A DNA stretch of 64,000 bases from a virus, in IMG/VR virus record IMGVR_UViG_3300027763_000038, positions 1 to 64,000 of that record; one strand, 5' to 3'. The notes under the pieces are model-generated. The model was not told where the DNA came from, did no database searches, and saw only the letters and a list, made by a program, of their open reading frames with translations. Positions 37,650-49,200 of this stretch are shown here, one piece after another. The first letter of the stretch is position 1; each line of letters starts with the position of its first letter. The position numbers were made by a program, and so were the translations under genes.

Positions 37650-38062
37650 TTAATCAGATTAATATTGTTGTAGATAAAGAAAAGGATGTTGTAACAGGAT
37701 ATTCTAATATTGCTATAGAAAATATTACTCAAATTACTAATGGTTATGTTAATAACATTATCTTTACTACTATTGATAAAGTAGAACAAGAGAACAGAGA
37801 CAAAATTTTACTTGAGCTATGCAAAAAACTGAGCCATGGAGGCTCTATGACAGTAAAGTTTTTGAATCCAGATGCTTTGGCTCATAAAATTAAAAATGGT
37901 AACGTATCCGGAGGCACATTCTCCTCTTTAGTTCAGAATGTAAAATCCTCATGGATGGAGACAGATTTGCTTACACTAATATCCGGTTTGAATGGATTTA
38001 ACTTATTAAAGCATGTTCATGAGGATGTATATTCTATTGTAGTAATTGAAAAAAGTAAATGA
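37646..38062 (+). CDS. Degenerate SAM-methyltransferase-like protein
   Basis: L.ELCKKLSHGG.M.V resembles the MTase '..L.PGG' motif; no GxG motif I. Confidence 0.45.
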   Translation: MINQINIVVDKEKDVVTGYSNIAIENITQITNGYVNNIIFTTIDKVEQENRDKILLELCKKLSHGGSMTVKFLNPDALAHKIKNGNVSGGTFSSLVQNVKSSWMETDLLTLISGLNGFNLLKHVHEDVYSIVVIEKSK

Positions 38063-38751
38063 ACAGAATAGCGTGTTTTATTTTATCTTATGAGATCACA
38101 AAAGGAATGAAGTCTTTTGGTCCTATTGGACTATTAAAGTCTAGTGGATTTAATAGAGAATTAATTTTGTGTCAAATTCATAACCTAAAAAATCTTTTTC
38201 CAAAAACAGACATATCTATTATCTCTGGTTTTGGTGGAGATAAATTACATAAAAAAATACCAGAGGATATTAAAACAATAACTAATAATGAATTTGATAC
38301 CAAAAATCAAGGATATGCTTTAAAGCTTATTTTAGCTAATTATGAGCTAGACAGATATGATGGAATTTTTATTATCAATAGTGGAACCCTAATTAGAAGC
38401 TTATCACCACACAAAAATCTGTCTACAAAAAAATCATGGATTATATCAAAAGCTATAAGAAAATCTCAACAAAATATAAAGTTTTTAGGAGCCAGAGCAG
38501 ATAACAAAGGACAAGTAGACTATATTTTTTACGATATAGGAGACTATGCTTGGTGTGACAGTGTCTATATTTGTAACCGTGATATAAACTTAATTAAAAA
38601 TGATATAACTTCTTATTACGATAATATGTTTTTATTTGAAGCAATTAACAAGTCTATTTCTAACGACGCTAGATATGAACAAATTATTGTAAATCATGAT
38701 TCGGTCATTAACATAATAGGAATGAAAGATAAACACAAAATCAAAGACTAA
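38059..38751 (+). CDS. Nucleotidyltransferase-like (LicC/GlmU fold), degenerate
   Basis: KGMKSFGP.GLL, ISGF, N..F...N..Y.L; glycine-rich LAAG and Asp motifs altered. Confidence 0.6.
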   Translation: MNRIACFILSYEITKGMKSFGPIGLLKSSGFNRELILCQIHNLKNLFPKTDISIISGFGGDKLHKKIPEDIKTITNNEFDTKNQGYALKLILANYELDRYDGIFIINSGTLIRSLSPHKNLSTKKSWIISKAIRKSQQNIKFLGARADNKGQVDYIFYDIGDYAWCDSVYICNRDINLIKNDITSYYDNMFLFEAINKSISNDARYEQIIVNHDSVINIIGMKDKHKIKD

Positions 38752-38754
38752 ATA

Positions 38755-39537
38755 ATGAAAAATAAAATTTTAATACATGTAGCTAAAGAAAATGAGTATA
38801 TTTCCTTTATTCAAAATCTAAACACCAGTGTTTCAGATAATGATGAGATTATAGCAGTCAGTGTTCATGGTAATTTATTTGAATTGTTTCATGCTCATAA
38901 ACCAAATATAGTAATTTTACCCGCCCATGAATATACTCAAGAGTTTCATGATTTTATTAATGAACACAATAAAACTATCAAAATAATTATTTTTATAAAT
39001 GTTCATATTAAAGACCAACAGATAATTGAATATTGGAATTTAAATAAGCTTACTCTAGCTGGGAAGAAAGAATATTTGGTTGCTGAGTCCGACAATTCTT
39101 TACTATACTCTAAATTATATGATAGCAATATTTTTACCAGAATTTCTCCTGAAAAACCCAGGAATGAAAAAATAGCTGTGATGCTATCAGATGATAATCA
39201 AAAAAATACTGCTATAATAGGCCCACTACTTTATCCATATAGTAATGCAAAACTGGTTTTATTTAATTCTCCAACATTCAATCCTCCACAAAACGTAGGA
39301 ATGTTAAATCAACATGATGCTTGCTTAATACTCAATACTTATCAGTTCTTGATAGATCTAGACGATAAATATTCTATTGAAGCACAAGTTTGTGGAATTG
39401 ATAACTTACAGATAGAGAATGATATTCCTTCTAATATCGCCAATAAGATTTTGAAAAATACACAATATGATCTAGATACTTCTTCATTTAAATATTATAT
39501 TCAAAATCAATTTTTACCAACTATTCTTGAGGCTTAA
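38755..39537 (+). CDS. Hypothetical, degenerate GT-B-like protein
   Basis: KPNIVI, YD..IF, EA..CG remnants; cluster context. Confidence 0.5.
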   Translation: MKNKILIHVAKENEYISFIQNLNTSVSDNDEIIAVSVHGNLFELFHAHKPNIVILPAHEYTQEFHDFINEHNKTIKIIIFINVHIKDQQIIEYWNLNKLTLAGKKEYLVAESDNSLLYSKLYDSNIFTRISPEKPRNEKIAVMLSDDNQKNTAIIGPLLYPYSNAKLVLFNSPTFNPPQNVGMLNQHDACLILNTYQFLIDLDDKYSIEAQVCGIDNLQIENDIPSNIANKILKNTQYDLDTSSFKYYIQNQFLPTILEA

Positions 39538-39539
39538 TC

Positions 39540-40019
39540 ATGGACATCGGATTTTACTTACTAGACATATTACCAAACGTTCCAGCACAAAATAATATTC
39601 TTACCGCATTAAATGATTTATGTAAGTTATGTCCATATGACAATATTGTTTTATTTAATGATCAATATAATAGGATAAATACAAACAATAAATATTATAC
39701 TCTACACATACAACAAGCTAAATATTTTGATGGAATTTTATTTGTTTTTGATACTAAAAGCGCAATGTTAACACAAACATTTCCTGTTCCTAAAAAACAA
39801 ATTTTATATATGCCAGAAGTTGAATGGAATAAAAATTCCTCTCTTCCCTATGGTTTTTGGTATAATATGTATATGAAAGATAATATTGAAATAATTACAG
39901 ATAATATTGATACATATGAACTATGCAATATTTGTTGGAAAACACCACTTAGTTTAATTAAACAAATAGACAGTAAGGAAATTAAAAATGTCATCGACAA
40001 AGTACAAACAACTATCTGA
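39540..40019 (+). CDS. Hypothetical protein (GT N-domain-like)
   Basis: SD GAGG; coupled operon member. Confidence 0.55.
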   Translation: MDIGFYLLDILPNVPAQNNILTALNDLCKLCPYDNIVLFNDQYNRINTNNKYYTLHIQQAKYFDGILFVFDTKSAMLTQTFPVPKKQILYMPEVEWNKNSSLPYGFWYNMYMKDNIEIITDNIDTYELCNICWKTPLSLIKQIDSKEIKNVIDKVQTTI

Positions 40020-40779
40020 TGCAGCTAAGAAGGATATTCTAAATAAGCATTATGTTCTAGAAAAATTAAGCTTTCAAGATATTGCTTTAAAGTATAATAC
40101 ATATGCTAACCAGATCAGAAGGGATGCCCAAAAATTTCAGATACCTATTAGAGATAAAAGTCAGGCTCAAAAAAATGCTTTGAGTAGTGGAAAACATAAG
40201 CACCCAACTAAAGGGTCTGAGAGAAGCATAGAAACTAAAGAGAAGATCGGTATGGGGGTTATGGATTCTTGGAGCAATCTAAGCAAAGACGAACTAGATC
40301 AAAGGAAAGAGAAAAGTCGTGCCAATTGGAATAATTTAAGTTCAGAAGAAAAAGCTAATATAGTTAAATCAGCAAACACGGCAGCTAGACTAAGTAGCAA
40401 AACAGGATCTAAATTAGAAAAGTTTCTTTTGGAAAAGTTGCTAGCTGATGGTTATGTGGTAGAATTCCATAAAGAGCAAATGTTATCAAATACCAAGTTG
40501 CAAGTGGACCTCTTTCTACCTACAATGAACTTAGCGATTGAAGTTGATGGTCCGTCTCACTTCTCTCCCATATGGGGAGAAGAAACATTTAAGAAAAATC
40601 AGAAATATGATGAAAAGAAGAATGGTCTTCTTATAGGTAAGGGATTAGGATTAATTAGGATCAAACAACAAAAAGACTTTTCTACAGCTAGAGCAAATTT
40701 GATTTATTCTAGATTAATAGACTGTCTTAAAAATAACAAATATAGTTCAGGAACCGTATTAGAAATAGAGGATGAATGA
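39988..40779 (+). CDS. Putative homing endonuclease (HTH/NUMOD3-like N-terminus + Vsr/DUF559-like nuclease)
   Basis: G..RS.ETKEKI NUMOD3-like motif; SKLE, VDL, IEVDGPSH, D..KN..L...G..LIRI. Confidence 0.72.
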   Translation: MSSTKYKQLSDAAKKDILNKHYVLEKLSFQDIALKYNTYANQIRRDAQKFQIPIRDKSQAQKNALSSGKHKHPTKGSERSIETKEKIGMGVMDSWSNLSKDELDQRKEKSRANWNNLSSEEKANIVKSANTAARLSSKTGSKLEKFLLEKLLADGYVVEFHKEQMLSNTKLQVDLFLPTMNLAIEVDGPSHFSPIWGEETFKKNQKYDEKKNGLLIGKGLGLIRIKQQKDFSTARANLIYSRLIDCLKNNKYSSGTVLEIEDE

Positions 40780-41504
40780 TGGCTAAGGAAAAGAAAGTTG
40801 CAGAAATAGCTGTGGAGTCAACAGAATCAACACCGGCAAAAGTTACACCTAATGATTTAGGATGGACGGATTATGTTTTAGGATTATTATCAGATGATGA
40901 AAAAATCTCTGGTAATCCTACCACCGATGGTCTAAGGAGAGTATTTGAAGTAGCTTTAAATTGTGATGTTATTGAGGCTATTACAGAAATTGTTCAAGCA
41001 CCCACACCAGAAAATGAAAAAAGAGCAACTGCTACCCACACCATTCGCTATGTATTAAAAAGTGATTCTTCCTCACAAGATGACGTTAAATACAGGGCTG
41101 TTACAGGCGCTGCTGACGTTTATTGGGGCAATTGTGATAAGATCTATCGTAACCATCCTACTGCTGTGGCAGAAACAAGAGCAGAAGGTCGTGCATTAAG
41201 AAGGGGTCTGAAACTAAGAAAAGTTGTGGCTGCTGAAGAAATTGCAAAAGATATTGAAGATCATCCAGATGAAAATTCAGTATCTAAGATAAGTGTTAAT
41301 CAAATTAACTTTATAGATGTGATTGCTCAAAGACTAAATGTTAATGTCAGTAATTTAATAAAATCGCTTGCAATTGCTGAGGAGAACATATATAATATCT
41401 CACATGAGGACGCAGTAGGTGTGATAAAGCACTTGACTTCGTATCAGCAAGATATGAGTAAAATTACAGAAGAATTAACAGGGTATTTACCAAACTGGAA
41501 GTGA
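40776..41504 (+). CDS. Putative single-strand annealing protein (Rad52/Sak/Erf-like)
   Basis: G.AD.....AVAETRAEGRALRRGL...AEE motif; C-terminal ..Q...I helical domain. Confidence 0.55.
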   Translation: MMAKEKKVAEIAVESTESTPAKVTPNDLGWTDYVLGLLSDDEKISGNPTTDGLRRVFEVALNCDVIEAITEIVQAPTPENEKRATATHTIRYVLKSDSSSQDDVKYRAVTGAADVYWGNCDKIYRNHPTAVAETRAEGRALRRGLKLRKVVAAEEIAKDIEDHPDENSVSKISVNQINFIDVIAQRLNVNVSNLIKSLAIAEENIYNISHEDAVGVIKHLTSYQQDMSKITEELTGYLPNWK

Positions 41505-41508
41505 TATT

Positions 41509-41841
41509 ATGAAAGTAACTTATACAGCCAATGACAAACTATCTTTTGAATTAGAAGCTGCTGGACAAAAGGAAATTTTTAAAGAATTAGCCTTAATTCA
41601 GGAAATTTTTTCAGAAGATAAGTGTGGGCTTTGTAAGAGTACTAATTTGAAGTTTATAGTTCGTAATGTCGAAGGTAACGATTATTACGAATTAAGATGT
41701 ATGGATTGTGGGGCGGTATTGTCCTTTGGTCAGCACAAAAAGGGTGGTACTTTATTTCCTAAGCGTAAAGATGACGAAAACAATTGGTTACCAAATAATG
41801 GTTGGCACAAATGGCAAAAGAATCAGGGCGAAAAGAGCTAA
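41509..41841 (+). CDS. Zn-ribbon hypothetical protein
   Basis: CGLC...CMDCGA.L.FGQ.K.G..LFPKRK. Confidence 0.72.
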   Translation: MKVTYTANDKLSFELEAAGQKEIFKELALIQEIFSEDKCGLCKSTNLKFIVRNVEGNDYYELRCMDCGAVLSFGQHKKGGTLFPKRKDDENNWLPNNGWHKWQKNQGEKS

Positions 41842-42791
41842 ACAATTATCCTAGTCTCTTAGATAGAATAGTTAACTATTTATATAGGATTGGTATGCTT
41901 CATAGTATAATATGGCATACTTCTATATTATTAGTTCTTTGTTTATCAGTGTCTTCAACTCTTCCTAAGAAAATTAGTTTAGAGTTATCTTTTTCAAGTG
42001 GGGAGTCTTCTGATGTTTCTATGGAAGATCCTGTAGAAATAAACTTTGATCAAGAATCTTCTGAATCAGGTTTTGATGAAAGTGAATTATTAGAAGAAGC
42101 TACAGCTTCAAATAGTCCATACACAGAAGAAATTGAACCACAACTATTCATTCAGGAATTATCAGAAAATAATACTGATAATTTAATATCAGATATATCA
42201 ATAAGTGATTTATCTACTCAGATAGTTAAAGAGTCTTCAGCATCACAGGTTCATTCCTCTAATAATAGTCAAAATGAAGCTGATGGGACGCTGGGAGAGC
42301 TTATTAAAAGTATACCCACTTCGGGGTCTAATGGTTTAAATAATGGCTTTGGAGAAAGAGGGGAGGCTCTTGAAATTGGTCGTAGATTAAATGAGGCAGG
42401 AGCGAAGACTGGGGATGTTCAAGTATCTATAGGATGGAATACTGTTGATGATATAGATGTTCATGTTCATTTTAGGTCATTCAAACAAAATTCTTACATT
42501 TCTTGGACAAATAGGTTTGGTGCTTGTGGTGGCATTTTGGATGTAGATATGAACGCTAATTCATATAAACTAAACAATAAGCCTGTAGAGAATATTTTTT
42601 GGCCAGCTGGATATTCTCCTTATGGAGAATTTGTCGTATCTCTTCATAATTTTAGAAATTGGTCTGGAGCTAGGTCAGTCCCAGTTGTTGTAATAATAAA
42701 AGTTGATGGTGAAACAAAAGTAATAAATACAGAAGCTGTTTATGGTAGACCTATGGTTGAGGTAGCAAGATTTATTAGGTTTCAAAAGTAA
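41811..42791 (+). CDS. Membrane-anchored protein with acidic linker and YfaP/DUF2135-like C-terminal domain
   Basis: TM SIIWHTSILLVL; acidic Ser/Glu linker; VQVSIGW...DIDVHV...G.LDVD.N...ENIFW; start uncertain. Confidence 0.7.
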   Translation: MAKESGRKELNNYPSLLDRIVNYLYRIGMLHSIIWHTSILLVLCLSVSSTLPKKISLELSFSSGESSDVSMEDPVEINFDQESSESGFDESELLEEATASNSPYTEEIEPQLFIQELSENNTDNLISDISISDLSTQIVKESSASQVHSSNNSQNEADGTLGELIKSIPTSGSNGLNNGFGERGEALEIGRRLNEAGAKTGDVQVSIGWNTVDDIDVHVHFRSFKQNSYISWTNRFGACGGILDVDMNANSYKLNNKPVENIFWPAGYSPYGEFVVSLHNFRNWSGARSVPVVVIIKVDGETKVINTEAVYGRPMVEVARFIRFQK

Positions 42792-43269
42792 TAATTGGCC
42801 CCCACTTATCAGCAGGACATTTTTGATTTTTATAAGCCAGTTTATTCTTGTAGTTTGCTTCTCTTATAACAGTACAGCCACACAATAGGCAAGAGTTTTC
42901 TTTAAAATATTCGCAAGTATTACAGATAGCTAATCTTCCTTCTATTTCTTCTGCTGAACATAACTTATTTCCAGCTTCCGAAGGAGGATTCTCAGCTCGT
43001 TTTATTGCGTCTTTTTTAGTCTCTTCTAATACTACGTCACTTATATTTTGTGTGCTAGAAAGATGTATGGGTGGTTTTGAGTCAAAATTACCAGTATGAT
43101 TTTGATGTATTTTATGTGCTATGTCTTCTATCTTTTTAAAACACATTATTTTAGTTTCTGGATCTTCTAAAGCGACTGTTAGATCACAATATTTACATTT
43201 ATAAAGTGGTTTATTATTGAATGTGCTATCTAAAAGCTCTAAATCACAATAAGCTGTTTTATTATTCAT
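42775..43269 (-). CDS. Cys-rich small protein (DUF6171-like C-terminus)
   Basis: RL.IC..C.Y....C..CGC......K.....CP..KW; N-terminal CKYC. Confidence 0.75.
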   Translation of the reverse strand: MNNKTAYCDLELLDSTFNNKPLYKCKYCDLTVALEDPETKIMCFKKIEDIAHKIHQNHTGNFDSKPPIHLSSTQNISDVVLEETKKDAIKRAENPPSEAGNKLCSAEEIEGRLAICNTCEYFKENSCLLCGCTVIREANYKNKLAYKNQKCPADKWGPIITFET

Positions 43270-46200
43270 GATATTGAATTTTTCCCTATTCTACAACAAT
43301 AATTATTATCATCACATTTTGGTACTTGAGTATCATAACATCTTGGAATATTCTCGCAATCAAAAGTTTTCACTCTTTCTGTTTTATTGATAGTGGCTGA
43401 TGGAGGACACGAACCAACAACAGCACTACATTTTTCTATTAATTGATCTCCTTTAAAAATATCCTGTATAGTTTTTGGTCTACGATATTGATAAGTATAA
43501 GAAGCTACTGTGAATGTTACAGAATTAGAGCTTACTACTGGATCTCCCAAGGTTGCTTTGTATTTCATTCCATTATAAACCACAGGAGTAAATGTAACCT
43601 CTCCACAAGATCCGGGGACAACACCTTCTACTATATCATCAACATCTATTGTAGTTATATTATTAAAACATGGGGCAGTATTGAGCCTTACTTGTTTCAT
43701 TTGTTCTTTCCATATATCAACATATCTTCGATTAGCGTTGGAGTTAGAGGTAACAATGGGATAAACTATCGGAACATCGCAACCTCCCACAACGCTATGG
43801 GGATAACGATCATTGCCTCCAACACAAACAGATGGTTCGGTATATGTTATACAAATACTCCAAGGGAAAGAATCTGGAGCTTCTTTAAGAGCAAGTCCTT
43901 GGCCACAGCTAGTATAATCACTATTACAACACTGATCGCTACAACAACCATTACAATATCCGCAACCAATTGTTTGACAACCCAATTCTAGAGGACCATT
44001 CTCATTTGGGTTTCCTCCGCTTAAAATAGAACCTAAAATACAAGTACGAGTTTCTGTAACAATTTCCCAGTTTTGTTTTTGATCAACCATTGCAATTTTA
44101 TTGGGTTCAACCCCACAGTTATCACAACTGCTTGAAATAGAATCTGATACGGTATAGGTATCATTTGGAACAGTAATATTTATGATTGGACAAGTATTTC
44201 TAATTGTATTATTAATACATAAATTAGATCCATTAGGCATGATAATAGTCAAGGTATTATTATCGTATTCAATAGAACATAGCTCTTCTGGACACTTTGC
44301 TTCGTAGTTTGGATATGTTGAAGTAGTTTCTCCAGTATGTACATAATATATAGCAGGTGCTCCGGCAGAGCTTTCTAAAAAGCTAAATTCTTCTTCTACT
44401 TCTCCTCCTCTATCAGAAGATCCAGGGAAGGTTCTCCCTGGCTCTGTACCGTTGCAGGCTGCACTCTTAGTAACTACTATTCCATTAGGATTATATTTTA
44501 TTTTTCGTTTATGAGCTTTTAAAGAAATATTATATCTACAGTATTCAAAGCTGTAATCAAATTCATCATATTCATAAGACTCTGTGCTACATAAACAACT
44601 ACTATTATTAGAATTTCTACAATAACCGTAATCCCAATCTGCACACTCACAATTATTTTCAAGGTTTCCATCAGAAGGAGGAATTGATGTTTTCCTTATT
44701 GGATCATAATAATCAAATCCAGTTAAAGGATCTTTATAGTCTAATGTTTTACAACTTCCACAACGAGGACCTGTGCTTGTTACTTTACTTGGTATTGCAT
44801 ATGGATGAGCGATAGCGGATCCTCCTATTTTATCTTCAATATCTCCACCATTATTTCTGGTAAGATTAATGCTACCTCCCATAACAAAACAATCTTTTAC
44901 TAGACCAAAAATACCCCTAGCGACTCCTCCTAGTTTTATTGTTCTACTTGTGCTACTTAAAACTGTAAATACATTTGGATTTAAGCTATCTATACCAAGA
45001 CCAACTCCCCAATTTGTACATCCCCAACCTGGTGGTCCTCCTGCACTTGATGTGTTAGCACAACCTCCTGCTCCACGAGGAAAAGGAGAACTTGGAATTT
45101 TTCTTCCTTGAGAATCAAGAAAGTTTGGACTGCAATTGTAAAAATTATAAGTCCAATAATATTGACCAGCTAAATCCGATGGATATGGACAAGCATATGG
45201 CTTATATTGATCTTGAGCGGATTGAGATAATAAATCTGCAAGATCATTATTTCCAGCATTTCTAGCTGCTTGGGCATCTCTTTCAGCTTGGGCTATTGCT
45301 AGCCATGCTTCTCTATCTAGAATAGGCCAATATGGATAAGTGAGCTGATTGCCATCACAATCAACATCTCCATAAATTTTTCCAGAGGTAAAGGCGTGAT
45401 AAAATCCAAGATTTCTTCTTTCTAGCTCTTCGCATTTTTTTAGCAAAGTGTAATTAGCAAGTTGTCTATCACTAACAATTAAATTATTAGTAATAGCAGA
45501 TTCAGTATATATTACTCCTGATATACTTTTCCCATCTACTGTGGCTAAAGCGATTATTTTACCATTTTCTCTAACAATAGAAATATCAATAGTCTTACCA
45601 GCAACCTCTGCTGTGATAGAATCTCCTACTTTCAAGATGCCTCTTATTGATAATGACCCAGATATTTTACGATTACTAGTATCTGCTGAGGTATCTAAAT
45701 CATAAGGAATATTTTTGTATACATCTTTTGCTTCTATCTTGGGATAATTATACTTAATAAGATCTGTAAAAGAAACTGAATTATTAACATTGTCTATAGT
45801 ATTTAGATTAATCTTTTGTTTTTCTCCATACATTAGCCTAAAAAACATTTCGTTAGCTAATATGTCGGTATTTTGAACTAATGCTGTATGATCATCTACT
45901 ATACTATCATTCATTAATGATTGATATTCTTCATTTAATACAGAAATTCTGTTATTTATTGGCCTAGGAGATACATTAGTATTACAATTGGAAGCTGGAT
46001 ACAAAGTATTATCTGGGGTAAGCTCTAATCTTTGAATATATTTTAAAGATTTATTTCCTATTGGATTATAAAAACCAGCATCATATGATAGAATATAAGG
46101 GATATCATTATTTTCATCAGTTAATTCTTTTGTTTTGTTAATTTCTATATCATATGTTCCGCTGTATGAGATATATCCAGCAGTATTCATCCCACACGCT

Positions 46201-49200
46201 AAACTTGAACATGCTCCTGGTGGAAGATTGTCTGTATCACAGTATACTGGAAACCTAGAAAAAACACCTCCCGTATATGGAACTTGTTTGAAATGATCAA
46301 ATTCCAAAACGTTATCTGCAAATGTTTGTTGATCAGTGGGAACTAATGGATCAAAGACTCTATAACAACCATTTGAATTTACTCTTCTTGTAGAATTAAT
46401 TTCTCGTAATTGAAAAGGAGAACTATCTACTCTTAGCGTATTAGTATAAAAAGTTTTATTTGAATTGATTGTTAAAGCAGACTCTAAGAGCTTACCAGCT
46501 CTCAAATTTACCCAAAACAAATTAGCAGTAGGAGAAATAAAATCATTTTCATAAGGATGTGCAGATCCTAAATTTGCTAGAATACCACTAATTTTAATAG
46601 ATCCTAAAGGTATTTTATTGGCATCAATCATTTGTTGTAAATGAGGTTGGATTTTTTCTCTAAAGTCATTTGTAACATTATCACCTGACTGAGGAATATT
46701 GATATCTATAAAAGATAGATAATTTTGATAATCTTCTATTGATCCATTAGTTAAAATATCTAAACCAATATTATATGGTTGATGTATTGTAAAATTTGCT
46801 AATCCGGAGTGAGTAATAAATAAGTTATTATTATTTAAATTAATATTATATCTATGTATTTTATAATCGGTATTATTAATGATAATCTTAAAAAAATTAT
46901 TATTATACAAACTAGATGGATATATGACATTTAAGTAATCGGAACCATAAAAATATTGAGATAAATCATTAGTTAATTTACCATCAAAACTAAAAATATC
47001 AGACCACTTGGTTAAATAATTCCCATTAACTAATAATGTATCATTCTCTCTAGCTAGTGTGGGTTGGCTTTGATAAAGAAAAAATGAGTCCGCCCCCTCT
47101 TGGTTGGATGAATCTAAATTCAATAAACTAAAATCAATATAGGACTGCTTATATCTTATATCTTGATCAAACTTTATTTCTGTATAAAAATTTCTATACT
47201 CATTAATAAGGCTATTGCTTCTTTTAATTTTATTCTTGCTCTTATCTATAGTCACATGATATAAGCTTTTTTCAATAATTTTAGCATCATAATTTTCTGA
47301 TAGATTTTCTTTGTTATAAATTTTAACAGTTTGATTACATTTCTTTTTAGTATCAAAAATATATCCTTGTCTATTTCTTTCGTTATAACCTATGTGTAAA
47401 TCACTAAAATTAGTATATAAACGATTATAATCTACCAAAGAATAAGAATTGCGGTTATTTTTTGCTCCATTTCCTCTATATTTCCATCTTTCTCCATTAA
47501 CTAATATTAATTCTGGATAAGTAGCAGTAATTTTATCTTGCTCATCTGTTGTTAGCTGATCAATAGAATCATGCAACGTCACTAGTGCCGAATCATTTTC
47601 TCCTAAAATAAAATATAATCTTACCCCATCAAGTTTTGCTGTTCTAAGATCATCTTCATTTTTAATAAAGTCCGTATGGAAAAAGGGGTATTTTTTTTCT
47701 GAATAGTGTGTAATTTGATTTCCACTAGGAATAAAATTATACATAAAGCTGAAATTTATATGTCCTTTTGGTGATACTGGTATTATTGGACCATCAACCA
47801 TTTCGAAAGAATCTTGACTAGAATATTTAAATAAATATGGTTCTCCAATATATGTATTATTGTCTTTTTTAAATCCAAAAACATCGTCAGTATTATACTC
47901 ATACCACCTATCTTCTAATTTCAGGTACAGCCTCGGTTTTTTGTGTGATTCAAATCCATTAATTTGAGCAAGTATCTTTTTCACATCATCTGTAAAATTT
48001 CCTATTAATATAGAGCCAGAATTATACGGGGAACCAGAATTAAAAAGTTCTTTATCATAAGAAATATATGGAGATTGTTTCAAATATTCTATCGGACTAT
48101 TTCTAATAGTTTGTTCTCCATTAATAGATAAGTCAGTTTTATATGTAAGACCACTATTAGGATGAAAAAATCCTCTTTTTAGAGTTCCCATTCCGGTAGT
48201 AGACGGAATAGCAAAATTAATGATTTGTTTTCTTGGAATTCTAGTAAATTTAATAGGAACCAGAATATTTTCGTCTCCTCCTATTATATTACTAGCAAGA
48301 CACGAATTACCATTTGGAGGATATAATACATATTGGTTACCTCCGAGTATCGCCTCTAGATAAGGATTAGTAATCTGTGCTGTAATCTCAGATGCTGTAT
48401 TTCCTTTTTCTACAACTATTTTTTTCTGTTTATCGTATACTACTGTGTTATTAATATCTACTTTACTAGCAAATCTTTGATATCCTGCATTAGGAATAGA
48501 TTCAAGTTCGCCATCGACAGAAGTAAAAGAAAGTGTGGTTCTAAAAAGATCAACATTCTCTAATACTTCTGCCCAAATATCTGCATGAATAGTATCATAG
48601 CTAGGCAAAGAAAAAGCCCATGAGCTATATACATAATTAGGTAGACTAAGCTGAATAGATTTTTGACATCCATAAGGCATTTCTGGATCAATTTTTTTAT
48701 TAACAGCATTTAAAATAGTGCCTGTTGCTGGATGATTTGGTATTGTCTCACTACCTAATATTCCAGTAATATAATTAGATGAGTACCCGCCGTATGATTT
48801 TAATCTCGGACTATTTGAGGTAGATAATCCAGGAGTAAATCTTAATGGATCATTACTAAAAATGAAAGAGTTTTGGTTGCAAATATAAGGATATTCTGTG
48901 AAAGTAGACAAACCAAGACAACCACAAGTATTTTGATTAGGAAAAGCTCTACATTCATACGTGTCTTCGTTCGATCCTCTTAGTTTTTCTATTTTTAAGC
49001 TATAAAGTTTAATACCAGCATCTTTAGTAGTAAATGTAATTTTTGCTCTTGGATTATTAATGAATTGTAATGATACGTTATTAACAAACACAGTACTATT
49101 ATCTACTCCAAAAATTTTACTATCGTAGTATACTCCTCCTTGATGATGAAAAGCTGCTTTATCAATTCTTGGATTAATAGCAGTAGCGCTATATCTTCTA

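Noticed and set aside
41433-41464. TTGACT...TAAAAT promoter-like pair
   Set aside because: Spacer is 20 nt, too long for sigma70.
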